A stretch of 64,000 bases of DNA from Paraspadella gotoi (Eukaryota > Animalia > Chaetognatha). Location: NCBI GenBank assembly GCA_051294375.1, contig CM119266.1, positions 13,394,735-13,458,734 on the forward strand, in the 5' to 3' direction. Below the pieces are notes generated by a model. The model saw only the letters and a list, made by a program, of their open reading frames with translations, searched no databases and had not been told where the DNA came from. Every line of letters begins with the position of its first letter. Positions within the stretch are counted from its first letter, which is position 1. Position numbers and translations under genes: made by a program. Below are positions 1 to 28,041 of the stretch, piece after piece.

Positions 1-11
1 CTTTTTCCCAG

Positions 12-1334
12 GCGCGTCGGCAAAGCATCAAGCCTCGCAGGCGGCCGCCGCGGCAGCCGCGGCAGCCGCTGCCGCTCTGTCAATGCAACTTCCTGGCGCG
101 CAGCTGCCTTCCGCCTCCAACGCTCTCTACCCGATTACTTCGACGGCGGGCTTCGATCACCTCTATTTCATGGCTGGAGCGGGTTCTGCTCCACCGCCGC
201 CGCCGGCCCGCTCCAACGCTCCAGTCGGGCCGGGGGCCTCTTACGCTCAACCGACGGGGCTCATCGCGCCTCCCCCGCCGTCTATGACGCCCACGCAACT
301 CAATCAGGCTTACATGCAAAGCGGTACGATGAAACCAAAATAAATGTCATTCATTTGTTCACGTTCATACCAATTTCCCCTCCTCCCCCCCCCAAAAAAA
401 AAACCTCAAAAATTAGGCCCTCTTTCCGCCCGTATCCGCAGTATCAGTATTCGCAGCCGGCGCCGTATTACGGCATGTCCGTGCCCGGCGAGCAACGTTG
501 GGCGCGGCGCCACCAAGCGTCTACGGCGCGTCGTCCCCCGCAGTCGCCGCTCTCGCCGCCGGCCAATTTGATGTACCCGGCGTCGTTGGGCGCTACGTCG
601 CAGCGAAGCCCCGCGTGGCGCATCCTTCGGGTGCCGCGGCGGCCGCGGCCGCTAACGGCGCCTACTTTCCTCCCGTCTTTTACTACTATCCATCGCCGCC
701 CGTGTCGCCATCGGCGTCTTATTACGGTCATCAGTACCCCGCTCAATCTTCCACCGTTCAAGGTCACTGCGGGGGGTTGCTAGGGGGAAGGGATGGGTTG
801 TTCGAAAAGATCCGCGCTCCGCTTGGACCATAGTCTGGGCCTCGGTTAATTCCTTTTATCAATTAATAACTGAACTTTTATTATGCTTATCTTTCCTTTC
901 TTTTACCATTTACAGAAACTTTAAAAAAAAATTACAGAATCAATGTTTTCGCAATTTTTGACCTTCGCGATTTGACCTCGACGCATTCTATTCTTCCTCC
1001 TCCTCTTCCTCTTCATCTTTGCCTCTTCATTGCATTGAACTAAAAATCCTTTCTCTCGTTTCTCATTGGATTTACAAAAACTCGTGAGAATGAGACATGA
1101 TTAAAATCTGCTTAAACTATAACTTTTTTTACTTCCCAGGATCCCCAACTGTCTCTTCCCTACCGGCTCTGCCCGCTCCGCCAGGAGTTGGGCAGCCCTT
1201 GTCTTCCGGTTCCTCGTCGACGGCAGGTAAAGGACCGTAAAATTAAACCTTACCCTAACCCTACCCTTTAAGTTTTCGTGTCACTAATTCTTTGAATTTT
1301 ATTTTCAGTGGAAGATATCAAGCATTCATATTGA
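12..1334 (+). CDS. 3' part of a probable ESRP/fusilli-family RNA-binding splicing regulator (low-complexity Ala/Pro/Tyr C-terminal region); 5' exons lie outside the window
   Basis: GT-AG exons 12-323 (ASAKHQASQAAAAAAAAAAAALSMQLPG...AYMQS), 417-762, 1140-1226 (GSPTVSSLPALPAPPG...) and 1309-1334 (VEDIKHSY*). Exon 2 has YFPPVFYYYPSPPVSP..SYY, resembling the YYPSPPVSP motif of ESRP2/fusilli. Exon 2 needs frameshifts to read through. No RRM is visible in the window. Confidence 0.5.
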
Positions 1335-2677
1335 AAGTCTTCTCCAGAAATGGCAAATATTTAGAAGAAACCTCGCGCGCCGCCGATGCCTCGTCATTTT
1401 TAATGCCCTGTCAATGCCGCGTCTCTCGCCGCATTCAATCGTTCGTTGCAACAAGAATGACGTATCATCGTTCGACCGCTTTGTTTTTTGTTTTTTTTCT
1501 CGTCAACGAACTCTTTATATCATCTTGCAGCAAAGCTCACTTCAAAACTCGCCTCCAGAAAAATAACACACTTTTTTATACAATTGTGCCATTCACATTT
1601 ATCCAAAGTGTCCCGCTAACAAAAAATTGCAAGTCTCGTTGTTTGCCTACGATTTACATTATTTTTTTTATTATTCTTAGCCTCGCAACATTATTTTGTT
1701 CGTTTCGACAAAAGATCGTCTCTTCGCTGTCTCATTGGCTACATTTTGTCCGGGTGCCGAAAAATTATGCCGAAATTTTTTTTTCTGTTAAAAATTTGGA
1801 TATAATTTTGCCGTGGCTAAACCGGGTTTTGACCTCTCGAGGCAAATTCGGAATTCGTTCTGTCGAAACTGTGATGAGTGGACTAGTCATCACTTAAAAA
1901 AAAACATTTTCACAAAAATAAATTGTAAATATTTTCCATTACCAAATTCCGCTAACGCACAAAGATTAACTACATTTTTATACCGCCTTTTTCCTCCTCT
2001 TAGAACTTATCGCGAGCTATCAATGGCTCTCATTCCCCATACTTGTTTACTTTTTCCTTTTTCGATTCACAGAATTAATTTTCTTTCAAAAGTTACCTTA
2101 TTCCTACGCTAGTGCAGAAATTATTCCGCTTCCCTGTATTGATTCTTTGTAGTACCAATTGTTGACTGTCCAGTATTAATTGTTACTTTTTTGAATCTTT
2201 AGACTCAATAATGAGTCGTTTATATTTTTGCTAATACTGTTTTTTGCGTTTTTCGTTTCTTTTTCATATCCATTACCGTTTTTTCCAATTTCCATAAGAC
2301 TTTTAAGAAAATATATTTACTTTTACGACAGTTACAAATCGCTGTTTTTTTTTCGTTTAACCGGATGAAGCACAGATTAATTTATTAACAAAGCTCACGC
2401 ACCATGGGCGAGGATGTACTGCGATCGAACTCGTGGGGATGAATAACAACAAAAGTTTTTAATCACTCCGGTTCGAAACGTTGTGGTCATCGTTTACATT
2501 CGATAGATGAAAGTCAATTTGAATCTCGCCTCTGAGAGTTTTGATCTTCTATTCATACCGAAGGAACGAACGAAACGCGATGCTCTTATGTTTATTCAAA
2601 ACGAAGACAATTGCGTTACAATTTTGGCTCGAGGCAATTAAAGTATTGCGACAATAAGTAAGCGTATAAACGACAAG

Positions 2678-3886
2678 ATGGAGACTTTTCTTGATACTTT
2701 TGGACAATTGTCGGTAAAAGTGGACAAAAACACCGAACCTTACACTAACTTGTTTCTCATCAATCTTCAAGGTGAGAAATCGTGGACTATAAAAGTTATA
2801 TTAATGAGTTTCGGAGCCATTGCTAATTATTTATACGATCAATTTATTCAGGAATAAACTTACAAGGTAATTAATGCCTTTTACACTTCGTTTTCGCCTA
2901 AAAAACTTTATATACATTTCTGCCAAGTTTTACTAAAAATTAAGCAGGATTGATTGACTAATAAGTTAATCAAATTCTCATATTTGTGATTTGTATTGTT
3001 GATGTGCATACTACGTAGTACAGCAATCATTTCTGAAGCAAATTTTTAGTATTTGCCCATTGTGCATATGTAATTAACCTCCGATCCGGTCTCAACATCG
3101 CCCCTTCATAATTCATAATATCCATCCGCTCTGCAGACAACATCGTTGCACGCGAGTCCGGGGGCATCCCGTACAGCAGCTCCGTCTGCAATAAGCGCTT
3201 AAGCGCGGACAAAGCGTTCGATCCGTTGCATCCGGAGGGATGGTGTAGCGACCGAATTTTCTGCTCCAGAAACATCGAGGAATGGATCGCGTATCAGTTC
3301 AACGACCCCGTCAAAGTCAAGCTCATCGCCTTTAAAGGTTTCGGTTTATAGTTTTTTTGTTTTTGCTTCTTTTTTTTTTTTTTGTTGATAATGTCGGAAT
3401 GACGGAAACGCACTTCAATTTGTTTGACAAACCGCTGTTATTTTGTTGCTTTCCAACAAGAAACTGTCAAGTGCGACATCTACCGTTTTTTTACGAAAGT
3501 TTTAATCTTTTCCTATGTTCTTTTGCCACTCGTAACCGCAATAATCTACCTCCCCTAGAAAAAAGCAAAATCTATATTTCGTAAAGTTTTTAAATCCTTT
3601 AATTGATAAACCTTCCACCATTATCTCTACAGGCGACGCGGATCCCGACCCGCTGGACTCTCCCACTTCCTACACTTTCGAAGGCTCCAACGACGGGTGT
3701 TCTTGGACGACGTTGGTGAAGGAGGAGGACACTCCCGCCTTCGTCTCCCCCAACGAGATCCGCTATCACTCGGTCGTCGAACCCGCGGACTTTCTCATCT
3801 ACAGACTCGCAGTCACTCAGACCACTTGGTCCAAGAATCCCGATCTCTGTGGGAGCGTCATCGTCCGAGATTTTCAAATGTACTGA
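2678..3886 (+). CDS. Single-domain discoidin / F5/8 type C (CBM32-like, galactose-binding fold) protein, ~187 aa
   Basis: Exons 2678-2771, 2852-2866 (15-nt microexon), 3137-3337 and 3633-3886, all GT-AG with phase-1 junctions; 564 nt in frame. Translation contains SSSVC...SADKAFD....WCS......EWIAYQFNDPVKVKLIAF and SPTSYTFEGSNDGCSWTTL...F...NEIRY....FLIYRLAVT......VIVRDFQMY*, the classic CBM32/F5_F8_type_C pattern. The last two exons are firm; the first two are less certain. Confidence 0.8.
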
Positions 3887-4556
3887 CAACTGTTCTAAAT
3901 CTGTTCTTATACTTTTTTTTTACTCGTACGATATTTCTATTATACGTAAAATGTTTCAATTCTATCTTGTCTCCTCTTCAACTTTTCTCGCGAGATACTA
4001 TTTTGTTGTTTTTTTTTGTGAAAAAAAAAACAACTTCATTTTATCATTTGTGACTGCGACGAAGATATATTCTTTATCTTGTAAATTGTAATCATTTTAA
4101 TAATTAAAAACGTTTCGTAATAATTGGCCCTTTTTGGGAGAGGGGGACGGCAAATAAGAAATAAAAAGAATAATTCTAATCGACGAAAGCTAAAGGAGTA
4201 ATCGAATATTGTTTGAGATTGAAAAAAGACGTACGGAAGTCTTATTTCCGTTCGCTGGTTTACTTTACTACTGATAGAACATTGCAGATGAATCATTATA
4301 AAATATAAACCTGTTTTTGTTTGTTGACACAAATATCTTATAAAAATATTTCGAAGAACCGCGCAGAATATTGCATGTTATCTTCTTTAGTTAATTTTAT
4401 GGTTAAAGCGACATGAAAGGGATTTTCACAAAGAAACTCCGATCGGCCGGTGAGAACGGCCGTCTTACATGGGATTGATTAAAAGATCCTAACAAATGAA
4501 ACAGCACAGCAACGTTAAGGAAAGGTGGGCGGGGAAAGGGGGGGGGGAAAGAAAGG

Positions 4557-22615
<18,059 letters not shown>

Positions 22616-23730
22616 TTTTGTCGCCGGACTTAAAAGTTTGACTCTGTCGCCGGTTTTGGTTGTTGTTGTTATTACTGTCCCTGTTTTGGTCCGATTTAAA
22701 CGCTGACGGTTGAGTCGATGAGAAATGAGGAAAAACGGAGTCTTATGCGGTATTTCTACTCTTTGCTACATTGAAAGCGCCGAGCTGTGTACTAATTCAC
22801 AAAAAAAAAGATCGAGAAATGGTTTAAATTTTTCTTTTTTTTTCGTTTCGACAAAACGCGGTTAGTGTTTCTCTTCGGCAGTGATTTTGATCGAGGAATT
22901 CAGAAAAAAAACCACTTTTTGCAATATTGCTAGAATATTACCTTCAAAATTGATTAATTTTGAATCCTAAGACAAAGTGAGCTCGATTACGGATTAATTG
23001 AAATCATCTGCTGCATTTCTAATCAAGAATAAGTATCATTTTTGCTACTTTTAATAAAAAAATTATGTCCATTTTTGTCCATTTTCACTTTTGTCTTGAG
23101 ATTTGAATGCCAAGATCATTGAAGAAAAATTTTTTACTCCGGCTTTCGGGTCCTTCTTATCTTCTTTACTTCTGAGTTGGTTCATTTTCAGTTGGTCATT
23201 TATTGTTTACCTATGAATTAATTTTAAATTGACTGGTCAAAAACTTACATTTTTACATTTTATTACAATTTGTTAAACAAAAATACTTCAAAATGTTCAC
23301 AATTCTAATAAAATATTCCCTATGAACGGTGCTTCTGGTACCTAAAAAATTAGGGCAAAATATTTAATACTTTTGCTGCAAAAAAAAAATTTAAGTCAAC
23401 TTTTAATTTGTGAGGATTTGTGAGGTGCGTTTTATTTGAACTAAAACACGGTTTTTAACTCATTTTATAGTTTTAACAGATGATAAACATACTAAGGTTG
23501 ACAAATTAAAAAAAAAACGCCTTCTTTTATTGAAAGGGGAAGCGTCAGCAAATTAATTTCTCTCAATCGACAGCTTTTGCGGAAAAAATTTCCGCAAAAA
23601 TCTGTCGATTTTTTAAATCTGCTTGGCAACCAAACTTTGAATAAAATCATACGCTACCGAAGTTTTCGCGAAATAAAATTAAGAGAGAAAAAGTTTATTT
23701 TTGTTTACAAACAACGACTTTTATTTTTGA

Positions 23731-23775
23731 ACCGGACATGTTTCGATTCTTTTTCGAGTCTTCTTCAGCACAGTG
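23731..23775 (-). ncRNA. Minimal type-I hammerhead-ribozyme-like motif (Penelope-like-element type), probably decayed
   Basis: Minus strand: gtg CUGAAGA a GACUC gaaaaa GAAUC GAAAC AU GUC cgg...aataaa. It has the CUGANGA/GAAA/GUC core, stem II with one mismatch and a palindromic ACAUGU stem III; stem I is weak. Confidence 0.45.
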
Positions 23776-23805
23776 TGAATTTTATAAGAAATTTTGTCAA
23801 ACATT

Positions 23806-23876
<71 letters not shown>

Positions 23877-24590
23877 CCACCAAAGAATTGAGTAATGGAT
23901 AGTATTGAAGGTGAGGACAGCTGAAGGACAGAAGTTACTGACTATGTCGAAATAAAATAAAATTTAACGCTTATTATGGGGCGTGAAGCATCAAAATACT
24001 TAACACAGAGAGAAAGAGAAAAAGAGAGAGTCAGAGGCAAAAGTTCGGAAAAAAAAGAAATTAAGAAAAGAAATGGAAAACAGAAAAAGTTTCATAACAT
24101 AGTGGTGCCGATTTTTTGCCTAAGTAGTAATATATCTAAAAAACGCAACAGTTCTTATGAGCAATTTTATCTTTAAAAGTTGTTCTTACCATGAAAAATC
24201 GTTTTTAGTTTCTTCTTAATTAAGGCTGATACCGTAATTGGAATGATTGACGTGAAAGAAATAATGTCTTACCGTATTTTGAAAGCATAGAAATTTACCC
24301 AGTGAGTTTTATGTTATAAGGAAAAGATAACTAATGCCAACCGTTTTTTTAAATAAGAGTGTTTCATATTTATCAGTGGGAAAAAAGAATTAATAGTTAT
24401 TTAAGTTCTAATTTCATTATAGAAATACCCAAAGCAAAATCACTGCCCTTCCGTTCAGTCGGGAGATTTCATCACCAAGCATGAATTATTCCGAACGGGA
24501 AAGTTCGAGAAGAGGATTTCCTGGGAGGAAATGTTTTGGTAGGTAAAATGAGGTGAGTGAAAGAGGAGGGGAGTGAGGGGTGAGGGAGGT

Positions 24591-24677
<87 letters not shown>

Positions 24678-24988
24678 AGAGAGAGAGAATCGCTGATTAA
24701 TTCAACGATCAGACGTTAGATTTTATCATCAGAAAAAAAACGAGTTGGAAAAAAAAAAAGAACGAGCGCAGCCGAATGTCGACGCCAGAATGGAACAACA
24801 ACGACAACCGAGAATGACGCCGTGCACGCTGGTAATTTTTTCTCAACGCACGCAGCAACCCCCGCTACACGTAACGTGCGACCTCACGCGGACGAAGTCA
24901 AGGAGAGAACGACGTCGTTGTCTGGGGAAAGTGGTCCTTTGTGGCACGTATCGACGGAATAAAAATCCCGCGTTTTGACGTTAATCCA

Positions 24989-25001
24989 GGCGGCGGCGGC
25001 A

Positions 25002-25036
<35 letters not shown>
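24989..25036. repeat. (GGC)n trinucleotide repeat in a GC-rich island upstream of TRHR
   Basis: About 16 GGC units with one AGC interruption. Confidence 0.9.
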
Positions 25037-25038
<2 letters not shown>

Positions 25039-26590
25039 CGGCGGCAGCGTTAACATTGCAGGTGGTTCCAACGCCTGTGACGTTGAAGACGATGTCGCCG
25101 GCGCTTTTATCGGAGATAAAGCGGTTGTTGATGTTGATATTGATGTCTATTATGACTCGAGTCTCGAAGCCTGCATCGGAAATTAAAATAAAACTTAAAT
25201 ACGCGGTTTTCGTTAAAATTTCTCTTTAAAATCGAATTTCTCGATTTATATTTAATTTATATATTGATTCAATTATTCAAATATTCATTGGTGTGAAAAA
25301 ATTGTTTAACTCGAATCCGTTTGTCGACGGGATGGTTTTTTAACATCATCGTTTCGTCATATTAATTTCAGTTAGGTAGGTAGGTATAAAGGAAACGGGA
25401 ATGCTAATTTTTAAAAAGGAAGCCCCACGTCATTTACGATGAATAATATGCTTATACAAGTCTTAGAATTTAAAGAATATAAATTAGTAGTGTAAATTAG
25501 CGGCGATTTATAACAGCTGCAAAAGTGGAAGGAAGTTGGTTTTTTTCTTCTAAAATTCATTTTAAGCTTTTCCTTTACTTAATTTTTTTTTTATTTGTGG
25601 CTTTTTAATTTCCACTTCGGCTCTCATCGAAACCTTTTTATCTAAAAAGTGACGTTGAAATGGAATCACGAGTCGAACGTCGCCGCCGAAATGCTTCGTC
25701 GTCGTCGTCGTCATAGTCGTTGTCCTCGACGTCGTCGTCATAGTCGTCGTCGTGTTCAACGCGACGCGACGGTTCTTTACTTATGGGAGCCGTCTATTGC
25801 GTTAACCTTTTTGCAGTTGTTTTCTTAACGTTTTGGCTTTCGCCGTTAGGTGTTTGACTTTTGACTTTTCCTCGTTGTTGTTTTTCTTTTTTTCTTTTTT
25901 GTCTTCGTAAGGCATATTTTACAGTAATAGTTTGCTAAACTTGAGTTTCATTGAGTTTTATCGAATTTTTATATTGACCCCTGACCACTGTAGTTTTTAT
26001 TTACTGCTTTGTATTCGTCTCTCTCGTCTCAATCCATTGCATTCTCTCGTCCCAGTTGACTCTTTTACTTCAGTTCTATCTATTATTGCAGACTTGCAAT
26101 TCCCTCGATTCTGGAATAAGCGGCCATTTTTCCAAAAGAGCCCCATTTCAGCTTGTATTCAGAATTAATTAAGTTTTAAAGTTTAAAGATTAAGTTATAG
26201 ATTAGGAATAAGGATGGAGATGAGTGTTAAAGTTGAGGTTAGGGGTTTGCTTGGGGTTTGGTTATGAAATATAATTAAGGTTAGGGATCGTGACTCAGGT
26301 GAGAAATTAGCGATTAGGTTAAGGTTTGGTATTAGGGTAAAGGATTAAGTTAAATATTTGAATTAAAATTACGTTCAGGGTTTACAAACAAAATAGGGCG
26401 CTCGGCCGCGTGGAGCTGCTCTTTAGCGAGTGTTTTAAAATTAGAATTTCGAAGCGGCGGGCTTCTTATAAAAGTCGTGAATCGTTCCCCAATTTTTTAT
26501 TTCGGGGTCATCGATTTGTAGGTTCCTTCGTCAAATTTTCTCGACGTCAAATCTCTCAGAGACAAACTTCTATTCATTCCGTCTTAACTA

Positions 26591-26912
26591 TTTTTAGTTA
26601 CGCCGCGAGTCTATAAGTCACTTTTCGGTCGGTCTGTCGGTCGGTCGGTCGGTCGGTATGTCTGTCTGTCCGTCGGTCTGTCCCACTTATGTTAAAAATG
26701 CATATAGTTGGTTGCTCATTTGTTAAGGCAGAAAAAACCTCAAATCTAAGGGACTGCTCGCGCCGCCTTCACGAATTCCTAAAACTATAAGGTATAAAAG
26801 ACGGAATTTTGATGCAGTGCATGTCATAAATACACAGGCAAAAAAAAGAAATATAAAGAAAAAAAAGAAAATAAAGTCACTGCGGCGCAACACATTGGAA
26901 TTACCATTCGTA

Positions 26913-26914
<2 letters not shown>
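26591..26914 (+). mobile_element. Helentron-associated interspersed element (HINE/DINE-1-like), copy 1
   Basis: Starts TTTTTAG with sub-terminal IR gttRcgccgc, then a (GGTC/GTCT)n tract and a core shared with 48363-48643 (gttaaaaatgc..tatagttggttg..catttgttaag..aaaaaacctcaaatcta.gggactgct), and 3' subTIR gcggcgcaac. Confidence 0.7.
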
Positions 26915-26949
<35 letters not shown>

Positions 26950-27171
26950 CTCATTATTTTCTCGAATTCATATTTAATCAGAAATGAATATTTTCTTAGT
27001 TTCCTTTTTTTTCTCTTCCTCAAACTTCGTCCAGGAAGATTCGGGGGAAAATTTATATGTTGCCATTCCTTGAATAAAGGAGGGAAGGCATCTATGGCAT
27101 TGGGCTCAGATTTAAACTTTGTATAAATCTCACGGAGTCATAAAAAAAAATATTGATGAGAGAGATTCTTC

Positions 27172-27390
27172 TATGGTGGACTAAAATCCACTAACCGTTC
27201 ATCAGCGACCCTTGGTGCCGGAGGCAAGTGATTCGCCTCCCAACCCGAAGGTCCGGGGTTCCAGCCCGGTGGTCGCCTGGCAGTTAAGAGGGACGGGGCG
27301 CTTAACCCGCCTGTAACACGGTGTTACATCCTGATCCGAAGCTCAGGGACTGCTTATATTGAACGGTTCTGTCACTAACACATAACAATA
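27172..27390 (+). mobile_element. tRNA-derived SINE-like element (tRNA-Gly-like head 27205-27277 plus structured tail)
   Basis: Acceptor-like stem gcgacc/ggtcgc about 72 nt apart, A-box-like tggtgccggagg, loop ctcccaa (CCC), T-arm ccggg-gttccag-cccgg. D and anticodon stems are broken, so it is not a functional tRNA. Confidence 0.5.
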
Positions 27391-27622
27391 ATTAATGTCT
27401 CTTCACTTCCTTACCTTACTCCCAAGCACTTACTATAATGAAACGGTAGAACAGCGTATAAGCAGTATTTTTATGGGTCTTTATTTTTGTTCTATATACA
27501 TGCTAAATTTGAATTTCAAAAATTGTATTAATATTACTTCACTACATTGTACAAGTCTAATAGTATTTTTCATCCAAGTCCCCCGCCACCCAAATAAAAA
27601 TCCATAACAACTGGCGCCAACT

Positions 27623-27928
27623 TCAAATCCTTGCGGCGACGGCGATGGCGACGACTACGCCGGCGATGAATCGAAAGACCCCGACACGTTCTACGGCGCC
27701 GCCGCATTTCCCTTTTGCGAGGACAGTGTCGCAGAAGTAGCAGTTTCTAATACAACGCCCGACTTTACGACCTCCAATCTTCGCCATGCAGCAACCGTCG
27801 GACCGTACTTCCCCATCCTTTTTCGGCTTGTGCTTCTTGCAATAGAAGTCCGACTTGCAATGGTCGATATTTTCAGCAACGGAAAATTCCAACAGCATCA
27901 ACGGCATAAGAAGAAAGAGCCACTTCAT
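27623..27928 (-). CDS. Small secreted cysteine-rich protein with C-terminal hydrophobic (GPI-anchor-like) tail, 101 aa, single exon
   Basis: MKWLFLLMPLMLLEFSVA signal-peptide-like start; 8 Cys spaced C-x5-C-x15-CC-x11-C-x3-C-x2-C-x8-C; small-residue GGA site, then hydrophobic end VFRFIAGVVVAIAVAARI*; GC-rich against AT-rich flanks. Confidence 0.7.
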   Translation of the reverse strand: MKWLFLLMPLMLLEFSVAENIDHCKSDFYCKKHKPKKDGEVRSDGCCMAKIGGRKVGRCIRNCYFCDTVLAKGKCGGAVERVGVFRFIAGVVVAIAVAARI

Positions 27929-28041
27929 TTTTGGGAATTCGAAATCAAAAATTTTCAAGTTTTAAAAATGAAAAAAAAAGAAAATGTTGATTTTTATGGT
28001 TCAGTGGAATTTTAGCGGAATCTGCTTATCGNNNNNNNNNN

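Noticed and set aside
1292-1897. 201-aa plus-strand ORF
   Set aside because: Starts at TTG inside an intron; the spliced frame stops at 1334 and the rest looks like 3'-UTR.
26200-26380. Telomeric (TTAGGG)n array (also 1245-1270)
   Set aside because: Only degenerate GGTTAG-like words; typical low-complexity or TE interior.
27205-27277. Functional tRNA-Gly gene
   Set aside because: D and anticodon stems do not pair and the T-loop is non-canonical.
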